NCBI RefSeq assembly: GCF_006345805.1
Contig: NC_042998.1
Span: forward strand, 206,832,001 to 206,896,000
Direction of reading: 5' to 3'
From: Octopus sinensis
Lineage: Eukaryota
Length of the DNA stretch: 64,000 nt
Part shown: piece by piece, positions 1 through 11,427 of the stretch
Numbering within the stretch: the first letter of the stretch is position 1
How the letters are laid out: every line of letters starts with the position of its first letter
Translations under genes and position numbers: made by a program
Notes under the pieces: generated by a model
Seen by the model: the letters and a program-made list of their open reading frames with translations, nothing else
Told to the model about the DNA's origin: nothing
Databases searched by the model: none

Positions 1-489
1 GACCAATAGGACTCTTTAGCCTCATCAAAGACATGACACCTCTCTAGTGTGGTGCCATGAAAAAAAAAGCACCCAGAACATACTGTAAAGTGGTTAGGGT
101 CATATTAGTCACAATTCTGTAAAGGAGTTAGTGTTAGGAAGATGTTTCGTCCTTGTTGTCAGATGAAAGGTCTTCTGATTCACATCAATCAGTGCTGACC
201 AACTGGACAACTATCTGCGTAATATTGTCCATAGAACAAGCAATCCCACAATGAACCTTATGTATCCAATGTCCAGGTTCCACTGTATCACAGGGGACTT
301 CTCTATCTTAAAAAACCCACAGCACATCTCAGAATATCACAGGAAGGGCATCCAGTCATATAAACTAATCCCTAATGAAACATACAAGTGAGATGCAACC
401 CTCCAACCCATCTAGGTGTGCAGTACAAATGAACAATTTTGTACATTATTTACATTTGATGGATATTTGTCCTCATCTTGTTTGTTGTT

Positions 490-535
490 AACACAACATT
501 TCGGCTGATATACCCTCCAGCCTTCATCAGGTGTC
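490..535 (-). ncRNA. Minimal type I hammerhead ribozyme motif (Penelope-type)
   Basis: Minus strand reads GACAC-CTGATGA-A-GGCTG-gagggtatat-CAGCC-GAAA-TG-TT-GTGTT. Stem I is GACAC/GTGTT and stem II is GGCTG/CAGCC. Confidence 0.7.
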
Positions 536-598
536 TTGGGGAAATTTCAAACCTCGGTTCTCATTCCTAAAGTATTTTTTGATATTATTATGTCCACA

Positions 599-670
599 GG
601 CATATGGCATAGTGGTTAAGAGTGCGGGCTACTAACCCCAAGATTCCGAGTTCGATTCCAAGCAGTGACC
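599..670 (+). promoter_or_regulatory. tRNA-derived Pol III head (A and B boxes), not a functional tRNA
   Basis: A box TGGCATAGTGG 605-615, B box GAGTTCGATTC 648-658, anticodon-loop-like CTACTAA. The acceptor stem pairs poorly. Confidence 0.75.
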
Positions 671-734
671 TGAATAATAATAATATCGAAAAATACCTTA
701 GGAATGAGAACCCAGATTCAAAATTTCCCCCCAA

Positions 735-780
735 GGCACCTGATGAAGGTTGGCGGGAATATCAATTGAAACGGTCTGTT
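735..780 (+). ncRNA. Degenerate hammerhead motif in the right arm
   Basis: GGCAC-CTGATGA(740-746)-A-GGTTG...CAATT-GAAA(768-771)-CGGTC-TGTT; the inverted copy of 490-535. Confidence 0.55.
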
Positions 781-1157
781 ATCAACAAACAAGATGAGGA
801 CAAATATCCACCAAATGTAAATAATGTAGGTGTGCAGCGTTCCAAAATAAGCGCTGACCCCCAACTGTGGTGAGAGGTTGTGTAATCAGTATCATGCATA
901 AAATGCACCTCCTCAGGTGTTTCTTTAAATAAGTCCTTCATCAGATCCTGCTGTCATGTGAGGAGAATGCATCAGAAGCAAAGTGATGTGCCATTTTCTA
1001 CTAAATCTACCAGCTGACCAATGTCTTGTTTAGATAAAACTAAACCCATAGATATACTAAGAGACAAGATACAATTATAATCAAAATACAGACATAAAGA
1101 CAAAAAAAAAAGTAATTTGAGGATACACAAAATTATGGGATATATATATATATATTT

Positions 1158-1452
1158 TTATGTGCCCTTTTCAAGCCTAGCCAGGCCCATGGGCCCAGTT
1201 TCCCAGTTTCTGTGGCGTATGTGTTCCCTCCAGCTGGACGGGACGCCAGTCCATCGCAGCATTACTCAAGAAACAGGAAGAGAGAGTGAGAGAAAGTTGG
1301 GACGAAAGAGTACAACAGGGGTCGCCACCACCCCCTGCCGGAGCTTTTAGTTGTTTTCACTCAATAAACATGCACAATGCCCAGTCTGGGAATCGAAACT
1401 GCAATCCTCTGACCATGAGTTTACTGCCCTAACCACTGGGCCATTGCACCTC
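1158..1452 (-). mobile_element. tRNA-derived SINE: family C head with a Meta/V-domain-like body
   Basis: The head GAGGTGCAATGGCCCAGTGGTTAGGGCAG...GTTTCGATTCCCAGAC matches 54074. The body contains CTGCGATGGACTGGCGTCCCGTCCAG...CAGAAACTGGGA. Confidence 0.7.
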
Positions 1453-1455
1453 GAC

Positions 1456-1505
<50 letters not shown>

Positions 1506-1805
1506 CAGCAAATAAGAAAATGGAGAGGATACAAAATGACATACATCATCTGGTAGACATTAGAAAGTATAAGAAAAAAACACACATGTAGTAACTATGT
1601 GTTACACACACATGTATTAATATTACAGGAAAGAGCAAAAGGTCAGTTCCTTGCGGCCGTTTCTGTCAAGAGGCAATGAGATCCTCCATGCATTTGGGTA
1701 TGAATAATTGTGTACACTACCAGCAGTATATTGGATAGGCACTATCCCTTAATTGGTTTCACAACCTCTAACTCACGCAGAAATATAAACACACACACAA
1801 ACACA

Positions 1806-2024
1806 CAAAGGAGGTGCTGCAAAGGTTTTGGCTTTAAGTGTATAGACAAAGGCGTAGTTGCAGGCTCAACCTTCCAAATTCTTCTGTAAGGCTTAGAAAA
1901 ACTGAAGGACCCCTGCAATAAGTGTGTGAATCTGAGAGGGGAATATGTTGAATAAAATCATAATTGACTGATCCTCTTATATTTTCTTTCACCCAAAGCC
2001 AGGAATTTATTCAGCAGCCCCTTG
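1806..2024. mobile_element. Non-autonomous mariner-type MITE
   Basis: Degenerate TIRs GAGGTGCTGCAAAGGTTTTGGCTTT and AAAGCCAGGAATTTATTCAGCAGCCCCT. Confidence 0.55.
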
Positions 2025-2269
2025 TGTGCCTGTGTGTGTGTGATTGAGTCTTCTTGTCTTCACATCTCACAGTAATTGTGACAGTCACAAACATGTCCAG
2101 TCATGGGGGGGGATATTATCTTAGTTGGAAACAAATGCAGATAAATAACAAGAAGGGCACCCAACCATAGAAAATCTGCTTCAACAAATTCCATCTGATC
2201 TATGCAAGCATGGAAGAGTAGGTATAAAATATGAGGGTGATGATCATATATATATAGACATGTGTTTTT

Positions 2270-2960
2270 GTATCTTTCATTCATTGGACTGCTGCTATGC
2301 AGGGGCACTGCTTTCAAGAACTTTCATGAATCAAGCCTAATACTTTTTTTTAAGCCTAGTACTTATACTATCAGTTTCTTTTATCGAACTGTTGAGTTAC
2401 GGGGCTGTAAACACACCAGCACTAGAAATCAAGGAGTAGTAGGGGACAAAAACACACACACGTGTATATATATATCAACATCATCATCGTTTAATGTCTG
2501 CTTTCCATGCTAGCATGGGTTGGACAGTTCGACCGGGGTCTGGGAAGCCAGGGGCTGCACCAGGCTCCAGTCTGATCTGCCGGTGTTTCTACAGCTGGAT
2601 GCCCTTCCTAACGCCAACCACTCAGAGAGTGTAGTGGGTGCTTTTTACGTGCCACCTGCACAGGTGCCAGGGGGGGGGTCTGGCATCGGCCACGATCAGT
2701 TGGTGCTTTTAATGTGCCACCGGCACGGAAGCCAGCCAAGGCGGCGCTGGCATCGGCCACGTTCAGATGGTGCTTTTTATGTGCTTTATATATATATATA
2801 TATATATATACATGATGGGCTTCTTTTAGTTTCCATCTGCTAAATCCACTTACAAGGCTTTGGTTGGCCTGAGCCTATAGTAGAAGACACTAGCCAAAGG
2901 TGAACCCATAACCATGTGGTTGGGAAGCGAGCTTCTTCCCACAGAGCCATGCCATCACCT
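2270..2960 (-). mobile_element. Family B tRNA-SINE interrupted by an RTE 3' fragment (about 2476-2785)
   Basis: Both halves match 10585-10971. The insert starts CATCATCGTTTAATGTCTGCTTTCCATGC. Confidence 0.75.
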
Positions 2961-3791
2961 GTGTGTGTGTGTGTGTGCTACATCACCGGCAACATTTTTT
3001 TTAGTAGCTGTAACCCAAAGTAATAATTATATATATTACGAGCAGTGAACACACTTCAGCTGGTAATCTAAGTTAGTTTGTGACAGGGAATTGAGAAGAA
3101 AAAAATCTTAAATATATATATAAAAAAAAAAAAAAAAAAAAAAAAGGAAAATGGTTGCTACAGAAAAATGAAAGAAAAAAGAAAAGTGGGAAGAGATGAC
3201 ATAAAAATACTGCAATTCTGTAAAATGGTGAGAAACAATCTTAGGAATGGTTCTTAATTCCTGCAATTCTTATCTTTAAATGATGGAAATTCAACATTTC
3301 TTATCAATGAAAGTAGCAGGAACCATCTAGTTTATTTCTATATAGCTATACTGCCGCTTACACACATGTACATCACATATGTGAGTGAGTGTGTGTATGT
3401 ATATATATATATATGCATGCATACACACACGTGTATGTGTATTATATGTATGTATGTATGTATGTATATATTTCATATATATATACATATTAGAGAAAAA
3501 CCACTATGTGGACACCCTTATGCTAGAAATAGATCCGCTATGGTCTCACCACTAAGAAATGTTCTCAAGAAAAATTTAGCAAAACAACCAAAACGTAATC
3601 GAGCAAGACAAAAGAAAAAGCAATAAGAATATGGATTATTCGAATACATGGTTCACTATTAACATATTACGTAATTTTACTACTGCTTGACAAACTAGCA
3701 TTGGTGTATTTATGTCCCTATAACTTAGCAGATTGGCAAAAGAGACTGATAGAATAAGTACCAGGCTTTAAAAATTGAAGTAGTAAAATAT

Positions 3792-4318
3792 ATCATCATC
3801 ATCGTTTAGCATCTGCTTTCCATGCTAGCATGGGTTGGACGGTTCAACTGGGGTCTGGGAAGCCAGAAGGCTGGATGCCCTTCCTAATTAATGCCAACCA
3901 CTCCATGAGTGTAGTGGGTGCTTTTTACGTGCCAGAGGAGTCTGGAAAACGGCCACGATCGGATGGTGCTTTTTATGTGCCACCGGCACGGGGGCCAGGC
4001 GAGGCTGGCAATATATAAAAAAAAAAATATATATATATATATGAAGTCACCATGGGTAGATGCAGGCGTGGCTGTGTAGTAAGAAGTTTGCTTCCCAACC
4101 ACATGGCCAATGCCAGCACTGGCTTCTGTGTCAGTGGCACGTAAAAAAGCACCCACTACACTCACGGAGTGGTTGGCGTTAGGAAGGGCATCCAGCTGTA
4201 GAAACACTGCCAGATCAGACTGGAGCCTGGTGCAGCCTCCTGGCTCCCCAGACCCCGGTCAAACTGTCCAACCTGTGCTAGCACGGAAAACGGATGTTAA
4301 ACGATGATTATGATGATT
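3792..4318. mobile_element. Two divergent RTE 3'-end fragments (about 3792-4010 minus, 4105-4318 plus) with a SINE B head between them
   Basis: Shared GGAAGGGCATCCAGCTGTAG motif and (GAT)n tails at the outer ends. Confidence 0.75.
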
Positions 4319-4539
4319 GTGTTGAACTAATCATGCAACATCTTACAGCTTAAAGATTCCAATGATGCGATTGCTTATTGTTAGAATGACATTGTAGGGT
4401 AGGTGTGAGAGGCCAGAACTGGCCAGTTTGAATATAAAACAGAATAACTGGGCTGGATATGACTGCTTTGAATACTGAAGGGTTAAGAAGTCTTCTGGTA
4501 AACATGACCTTGGCATTATTGTCAATAATTGCCTGCATT

Positions 4540-4905
4540 ACTATTTTACTTGTTTCAGTCATTTGACTGTGGCCATGCTGGAGCACCGCCTTTAGTCGAA
4601 CAAATCGACCCCAGGACTTATTTTTTGTTAAGTCTAGTACTTATTCTATCGGTCTCTTTTGCTGAACCACAAAGTTACAGGGACGTAAACACACCACCAT
4701 CGGCTGTCAAGTAATGTTGGGGAGACAAACACACACACACACATACACATACATACATATATACGACAGGCTTCTTTCAGTTTCCGTCTACCAAATCCAC
4801 TCACAGGCCTTTGGTCGCCCCGAGGCTATAAATGGTGCCACGCAGTGGGAATGAACCCAGAACCATGTGGTTGGTAAGCAAGCTACTTACCACACAGCCA
4901 CTCAT
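4540..4905 (-). mobile_element. Family B tRNA-SINE
   Basis: Matches other copies from the tRNA-like head to the TGACTGAAACAAGTAAAA tail. Confidence 0.8.
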
Positions 4906-6412
4906 TGTACAAACCACATTTCTAAAATGATCAAAAAGTCCAAAGGTTTCTTGGCATCACTCACCAAGGACTTTGTCAATCACTAACTGGCCTTCTATTT
5001 GAAACTAGTATTTATAAGTCACATAAAAAGCATTGGTGCTGGTACCACATGAAAAGTACCCAGCACACTCTTTAAAGTGGTTGGCATTAGCAAAGACACC
5101 CAGGTGTGGTAACCATACCAAAATAAACAATGGAAATGGGTGCAGCTCTTGTCAAACCTGTGGTTAAAAAAAAAATGGCCCAAATGCCACATGCTGGGAC
5201 TGAACTGGAGATCTCAAGATTATGAAGCAAACTTCTTAACCAATCAACTTCTTAACCAATCAACCATTTGGTCATAGGTCTGCTGGGTCACAGCTGACCT
5301 GCATTAAATACAAACAACAACACATCATACCTGAATCCATCAACCCATGCTTAAATAAAAACCACACAAACTTATTTATCCCCACCCCCTCCCTTTTATT
5401 CATCTTGTAACTTGAGGGTATGTCCCAACACCATCCTCTTTTTCTTCTAACTGGGGTAATTATGTATGCCCCCTACAGCAAGATACCTGGTCCCGTCCCC
5501 CTAGCTCACTTTAACATCTCATCACCTCACACAAAGCCACCTTGCTCTATGACTACGCCCCTCTTCAGTGGAGGGGCCTTGTCCTGTGAGGCACTTGGTA
5601 ACCTCACTAGTGCCAGTACCACATAAAAAGCATCCTACAAAGTGACTGGCATTAGAAAGGGCATCCAGCTGTAGAAATCATGCCAAAAGCCAATGCTAGA
5701 GCTGCTTCACATAGTCTTCTGGCTTGCCAGCCTGTCAAACCCTCTAACCCATGTCAGCATGGAAAACTAGATGTTAAGTGATGATGATGTCATACATACA
5801 CTTTTTTTTAATCTTTTGTTTCACTCGTTGGACTGTGGTCAAGCTAGAGCACTGTGTGTGTATGTATATATATATATATATATATCATCATTATTTAATG
5901 TCTGATTTCCATGCTGGTATGGGTTAGACAGTTTGACTGGGGACTGGGAAGCCAGGAGGCTCCAGTCTGATCTGGCAGTGTTTCTACAGCTGGATGCCCT
6001 TCCTGACACTAACCACTCCAAGAGTGTAGTGGGTGCATTTTTTACATGCCACCAGCACGGGCCAGAGGAGGCTAGCATCGACCACAATCAGATGGTGCTT
6101 TTTATGTGACACCAGCACGGTAGCCAGTCACGGCAGCGCTGGCATCAGCAAGCCACAATACATGGCTTCAAGTAATCCAGTAGTACTCATTTAACAAAGC
6201 TCATTAATGTATCATTGTACAAAACATATAGAATATATAGTACGACATGAGAGAAAATAAGGAGAGCATAAAGTCATAAATGAAAGAGAAATAATTTGGT
6301 GAAATTTTATTTAACCATATGAAGATTGAAATTTCATGACAAATTACTTTGTAACTAAAAAACATGTAAATAATTTATATTATCATATTTAATAATAAAT
6401 AAATTACTTACA

Positions 6413-6860
6413 GAGATGTACTTGCATAGCAAGTGACCTGATCTGAGATCGTGTGCTGACACGAAAACAATTGCAGCGTGGAAGGTGTCTATAAGCCATT
6501 TAAAACACCCAAAAACACTTCAACTATAAGTTTAATTTGCCAAAATATTTTTGTGGCTTTGAGACTGCGACCCGATTACTGACAAAATTCTGAGATGCAG
6601 CACGGAATTTTAGGGCATCCAGCTGTAGAAACTCTGCCAGGTCAGATTGGAGCCTGGTGCAGCCATCTGGCTCACCAGTCCTCAATCAAACCGTCCGACC
6701 CATGCCAGCATGGAAAGCGGACGTTAGACGATGATGATGATCAGGTCACAGTCTCAAAGCAACGAAAATATTTTGACACAAAGTAAATTTAAATGTCGAA
6801 GTGAATCTAATGGTTTTTGTGTGTGATTTTTAAATTGCTTATAAACACCTTCCATGCTGC
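6413..6860. mobile_element. Asymmetric fold-back element with a 12-bp TSD; RTE fragment inserted at about 6612-6741
   Basis: Arms about 6471-6573 and 6744-6860; AAATTACTTACA at 6401-6412 and 6861-6872. Confidence 0.7.
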
Positions 6861-7262
6861 AAATTACTTACATTCCTAAGCAAAGACAATATTTAAAAGA
6901 TTATGGAAGACAATAATAATAAAATTGATATGAAATAATATGATTGTCTAATAAATAGAAGGGAATTTTAGTAATATAATTAAGTGTAACTAGTACAATA
7001 AAAAAAAAAGAGATATATTTAGTACTAAAAATCTAGAATATAAAAAATCAAAAAATAGAGACAATAATAATATATATAACAAATTAAAATTGAGTAAAAG
7101 TATTTAGAGAGAATATTTATGAAACATCGGGATATCAACAAGAAAATATGAACAATATAAAAATTTTTTTAATTCATAGAAAGTACGGAAGACAATGAGA
7201 ATAAAATTGATATTAATTAATGAAAGAGTTTCCGAAGATGAGAAGGGAGGTTTATTAGTATA

Positions 7263-7652
7263 CTAGCAGTAACGCCCAGTGTTGCTCGGGTTTGTTCCGA
7301 CCCTCTAGAATTGGAATTTTTGAAAAGTAAAAATTTTGCATTATGTAGCTTGTTATTCTCTTTAAGTGAACATTTTTCTGGTTGAAATACACTGAAAAAT
7401 GGCGACACAGCAGTCAAAGAATCGTAAAAAATAGGGATTTTCATAGAAAAAAAGCACCTTTTTGATGTAAATAATTTTTGGTGTTAACATGGTCCGATTT
7501 CAATTTTTTCATCTACGGCAGGAAGAGCAAGCCTTCTTCTATCATACTCTCAATTTTGGTCAACTTGCGCCGCAGGCTTTCGGAGGAGATAGTGTTAGTT
7601 GAAGGCTACCTAACCTGCCACACACAGACAACTTCAGCTTTATATATATAGA
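7263..7652 (-). mobile_element. Non-autonomous Helitron with both ends
   Basis: Minus strand starts TC(TATATATATAAAG), ends with hairpin CCCGAGCAACACTGGG then CTAG, and sits between A and T. Confidence 0.8.
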
Positions 7653-8392
7653 TTAGAAATAGTTTATTTGAAAATATAAATTATCCTTATAGTCAAGGTG
7701 GTGGAATTAATTATGTAAATTCATCATCATAGTCGTTTAATGTCTGCTTTCCATGCTGGCATGGGTTGGACACTTTAACTGAAGGCTGGCTGGTCAGAGG
7801 GCTGCACCAGGTTCTAATCTGATCTGGCAATGATTCTGCAGCTGGATGCCCTTCCTAAAGCCAACCACTCCCAGAGTGTAGTGGGTGCTTTTTATGTGCC
7901 ACCGGCATGAGAGTCAGTCAGATGGCATTGGCATCAACCATGCTCAAATGGTGCATTTTATGTGCCCCCAGCACGGGAGCCAGTCAGGCAGCACAGGCAA
8001 CAATCATTCTCAAATGGTGCTTTTTACGACATTGACCACGCTTATAATTAAATAGTATTTTTTAATATCTTTCATTTTCTAGATTTTTTTGTAATAAATA
8101 TATCTCTTTTGTTGTACTAAGAATATCTCCTAGTTACTTTTTAATTATACTACTAAAATTCCTTTCCATTTCTTAGACAATCATCATATTTTATATCAAT
8201 TTTATCATTATTGTCTTCCATAATCTTCCAAATATTGACTTTGCATTCTTATAATGTTACGCTAAGGATTTAGTATTTAACAAAGACTTTCACCTGAGAA
8301 CAGAGCTTAAATTCTTCATCATTTTGAAAGATTTTTTTGCATTCTGCATTCATGCAGATATGTAAGTAATTTATTTATTATTAAATATTACA

Positions 8393-9570
8393 ATCATCAT
8401 CATCATCATCGTTTAGCGTCCGCTTTCCATGCTAGCATGGGTTGGACGGTTCAACTGGGGTCTGGGAAGCCAGGAGGCTGCACCAGGCCCAGTTTGATCT
8501 GGCAATGTTTCTACGGCTGGATGCCCTTCCTAACGTCAACCACTCCATGAGTGTAGTGGGTGCTTTTTACGTGCCGCCGGCACGGAGACCAGACGAAGCT
8601 GGCAACGGCCACGATCGGATGGTGCTTTTTATGTGCCACCGGAAAGGGGGCCAGGCGAGGCTGGCAACGGCCACGAACAGATGGTGCTTTTTATGTGCCA
8701 CCGGCACGGGGGCCAGGCGAGGCTGGCAACGGCCACGATCGGATGGTGCTTTTTATGTGCCACCGGCACGGAGACCAGACGAAGCTGGCAACGGCCACGA
8801 TCGGATGGTGCTTTTTATGTGCCACCGGCACGGGGGCCAGGCGAGGCTGGCAACGGCCACGATCGGATGGTGCTTTTTATGTGCCACCGGCACGGGAGCC
8901 AGGCGAGGCTGGCAACGGCCACGAACGGATGGTGCTTTTTATGTGCCACCGGCACGGGGGCCAGGCGAGGCTGGCAACGGCCACGATCGGATGGTGCTTT
9001 TTATGTGCCACCGGCACGGGGGCCAGGCGAGGCTGGCAACGGCCACGAACGGATGGTGCTTTTTATGTGCCACCGGCACGGGGGCCAGGCGAGGCTGGCA
9101 ACGGCCACGATTGGATGGTGCTTTTTATGTGCCACCGGCACGGGGGCCAGGCGAGGCTGGCAACGGCCACGATCGGATGGTGCTTTTTATGTGCCACCGG
9201 CACGGGGGCCAGGCGAGGCTGGCAACGGCCACGATCGGATGGTGCTTTTTATGTGCCACCTGCACGGGGGCCAGGCGAGGCTGGCAACGGCCACGAACGG
9301 ATGGTGCTTTTTATGTGCCACCGGCACGGGGCCCAGGCGAGGCTGGCAACGGCCACGAACGGATGGTGCTTTTTATGTGCCACCGGCACGGGGGCCAGGC
9401 GAGGCTGGCAACGGCCATGAATGGATGGTGCTTTTTATGTGCCACCGGCACGGAGACCAGACGAGGCTGGCAACGGCCACGAACGGATGGTGCTTTTTAT
9501 GTGCCACCAGCACGGAGACCAAGCGAGGCTGGCAACGGCCACGATCGGATGGTGCTTTTTACGTGCCACA
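8393..9570 (-). mobile_element. RTE 3' UTR copy with an expanded internal repeat
   Basis: (GAT)n tail at about 8393-8411 and a standard family body 8412-8560, followed by the array. Confidence 0.85.
8560..9569. repeat. 62-bp tandem array, 16 units plus a partial unit
   Basis: GTGCTTTTT recurs at 8560 and 9552 (16 x 62). Unit: GTGCTTTTTATGTGCCACCGGCACGGGGGCCAGGCGAGGCTGGCAACGGCCACGATCGGATG. Confidence 0.95.
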
Positions 9571-10584
9571 TAAATCATTTATGTTTTTCAGTTACGAAAT
9601 AATTTCTCATGATGTTCGAATTTTTTTATCATCGTCATTTAACCTCTGCTTTCCATGCTAGCATGGGTTGGACGGTTCGACCGGGGACTGGCAAGCCCGG
9701 AGGCTGCACCAGGCTCCAATCTGATTTGGCAAGGTTTCTACAGCTGGATGCCCTTCCTAACACAATGCCAACCAGCCCCAAGAGTGTTGTGGGTGCCTTT
9801 TTACATGCCACTGGCACGGAGCCCAATCAGGTAGTACTGGCATCGACCATGCTCGAATGATGCTTTTTACGTGCCACCAGCACAGGAGCCAGGTGGCACA
9901 GGCATCAAACATGCTCAAATGGTGCGTTTTATGTGACACCGACATTGGCGTCGGCCACACTCGAGTGGTGCTCTTTATGTGCCACCGGCATGGGTGCCAA
10001 AATTTCAAACTATTGCTCTGTCATTTATATATAGAGAGGGGGGGAGGCGGAAGAGAGAGAGAGAGTGGTAGTGATGCAGCTAAACACAATTAGGCTTGAC
10101 TTGTATATACGTGTGTGTATGTGTGCAGAAAGAGAGAAAGACAGAAAATATTGAAGTAAAAGCCAGCAATAAAGATGGAGAGACAAAGAGAGAGAGAGGA
10201 GGAGGGGAAGAAGAGTAAGGGGGAGGAGGAGGAGAGATATGGAGAAAGATAGAAGAGAAAAAAATAAACAAAGAAAGTAAAAAATAAAGTACATGAAGAA
10301 ATTGGCAGAATGCAAAGTGCCACACCCTACACTGCCATTCTTCTTAAGAAACGTTAGAATCACCAATTCCCTCCACCCATCCCCCACTGCTCCAAAAACA
10401 ATCAATGCTTATTTACATAAAGCTGACTGTTTCTTTACCAAACTACCATCAACCAATCTAACAGTGGTGGTCGTGGTGGGAGTGTTCCTCACCTAACACT
10501 GTAGTACAATACCAGGTTAGACTTTATACATGATCTATGCACAGAATTTTCTGAAAATTCAATTTATTTCTTTCATTGCTATAC

Positions 10585-10971
10585 TCTTTTACTTGTTTCA
10601 GTCATTTGACTGCGGCCATGCTGGAGCACCGCCTTTAGTCGAGCAAATTGACCCAGGGACTTATTCTTTGTAAGCCCAGTACATATTCTATTGGTCTCTT
10701 TTGCCGAACCGCTAAGTGACAGGGACGTAAACACACCAGCATCGGTTGTCAAGCAATGCTAGGGGGACAAACACAGACACACACACTTACATATATATAC
10801 ATATATAGGACAGGCTTCTTTCAGTTTCCGTCTACCAAATCCACTCACAAGGCATTGGTCGGCCCGGGGCTATAGCAGAAGGCACTTGCCCAAGATGCCA
10901 CGCAGTGGGACTGAACCCGGAACCATGTGGTTGGTTGGCAAGCTACTTACCACACAGCCACTCCTGCGCCT
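10585..10971 (-). mobile_element. Family B tRNA-SINE, near full length (reference copy)
   Basis: Head GGCGCAGGAGTGGCTGTGTGGTAAG...GGTTCAGTCCC, internal (TA)/(TG) tract, tail GGCGGTGCTCCAGCATGGCCGCAGTCAAATGACTGAAACAAGTAAAAGAG. Confidence 0.85.
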
Positions 10972-11044
10972 ATATTTAAATTTTTTTAATTTTATTTTCA
11001 TTTCAATCTTTTTCAAGTATTTTATTTTAACATTATGTCATAGA

Positions 11045-11210
11045 TGCAAGCATGGCTATAGGAACAGGCATGGCTATAGGCTCAAACACAACTATAGGTG
11101 CAGAGTCTGGGCTATAAACACAAGCATGGCTTTGGTACAGGCATGGCTTTTGGCACTGGCATGGCTTTAGGTATTGGCAAGGCTATAAGATCAAATATGA
11201 CAATATGCAC
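11045..11210. repeat. Degenerate minisatellite of about 18 bp
   Basis: CATGGCTATAGGAACAGG-like units repeated about 8-9 times. Confidence 0.65.
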
Positions 11211-11427
11211 AACAGGGCTACAGAAAGAAAGCACTGCCTCAGTGTAGGCTCATCTGACCTAAGTGACCATGGAAAAGGGGACACTTCAATTATTAGAGGC
11301 TAGGGGACAAAGGGTGTCTCTAGGAACCATTTGTCAAATTAAAATTGCTAAATCTGATAGAATAATATCCCATCTTCATTAAACTCGACACCATTCTTAC
11401 AGGAATATACAATAGTTATCTGTTATT

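Larger units (their letters stand above)
424..826. mobile_element. Fold-back element with a tRNA-like head in the spacer and an HHR motif in each arm (candidate Penelope-dependent SINE)
   Basis: Inverted arms about 442-591 and 677-828, a left-only extension 424-441, and a direct repeat TAGGTGTGCAG at 413-423 and 827-837. Confidence 0.75.
6385..8390. repeat. Old, large AT-rich inverted repeat hosting nested insertions
   Basis: 6385-6412 mirrors 8361-8388, and about 6880-7070 mirrors about 8055-8245. Confidence 0.65.

Noticed and set aside
599-670. Functional tRNA gene (also the SINE heads at 54074 and 56040)
   Set aside because: The acceptor and anticodon stems pair poorly, and the heads are embedded in repeats with TSDs.
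1645-1730. Minus-strand HHR-like GAAACGGCCGCA
   Set aside because: The CTGANGA core and cleavage triplet are not preserved.
8442-9661. Long overlapping ORFs (386, 286 and 342 aa) as a repeat protein, or the array as CRISPR
   Set aside because: They come from a stop-free 62-bp tandem unit antisense to a LINE 3' UTR. There are no unique spacers and no cas genes.
10494-10550. Possible minus-strand exon with AG/GTGAG boundaries
   Set aside because: Short, two frames closed, and no supporting neighbours or recognisable peptide.
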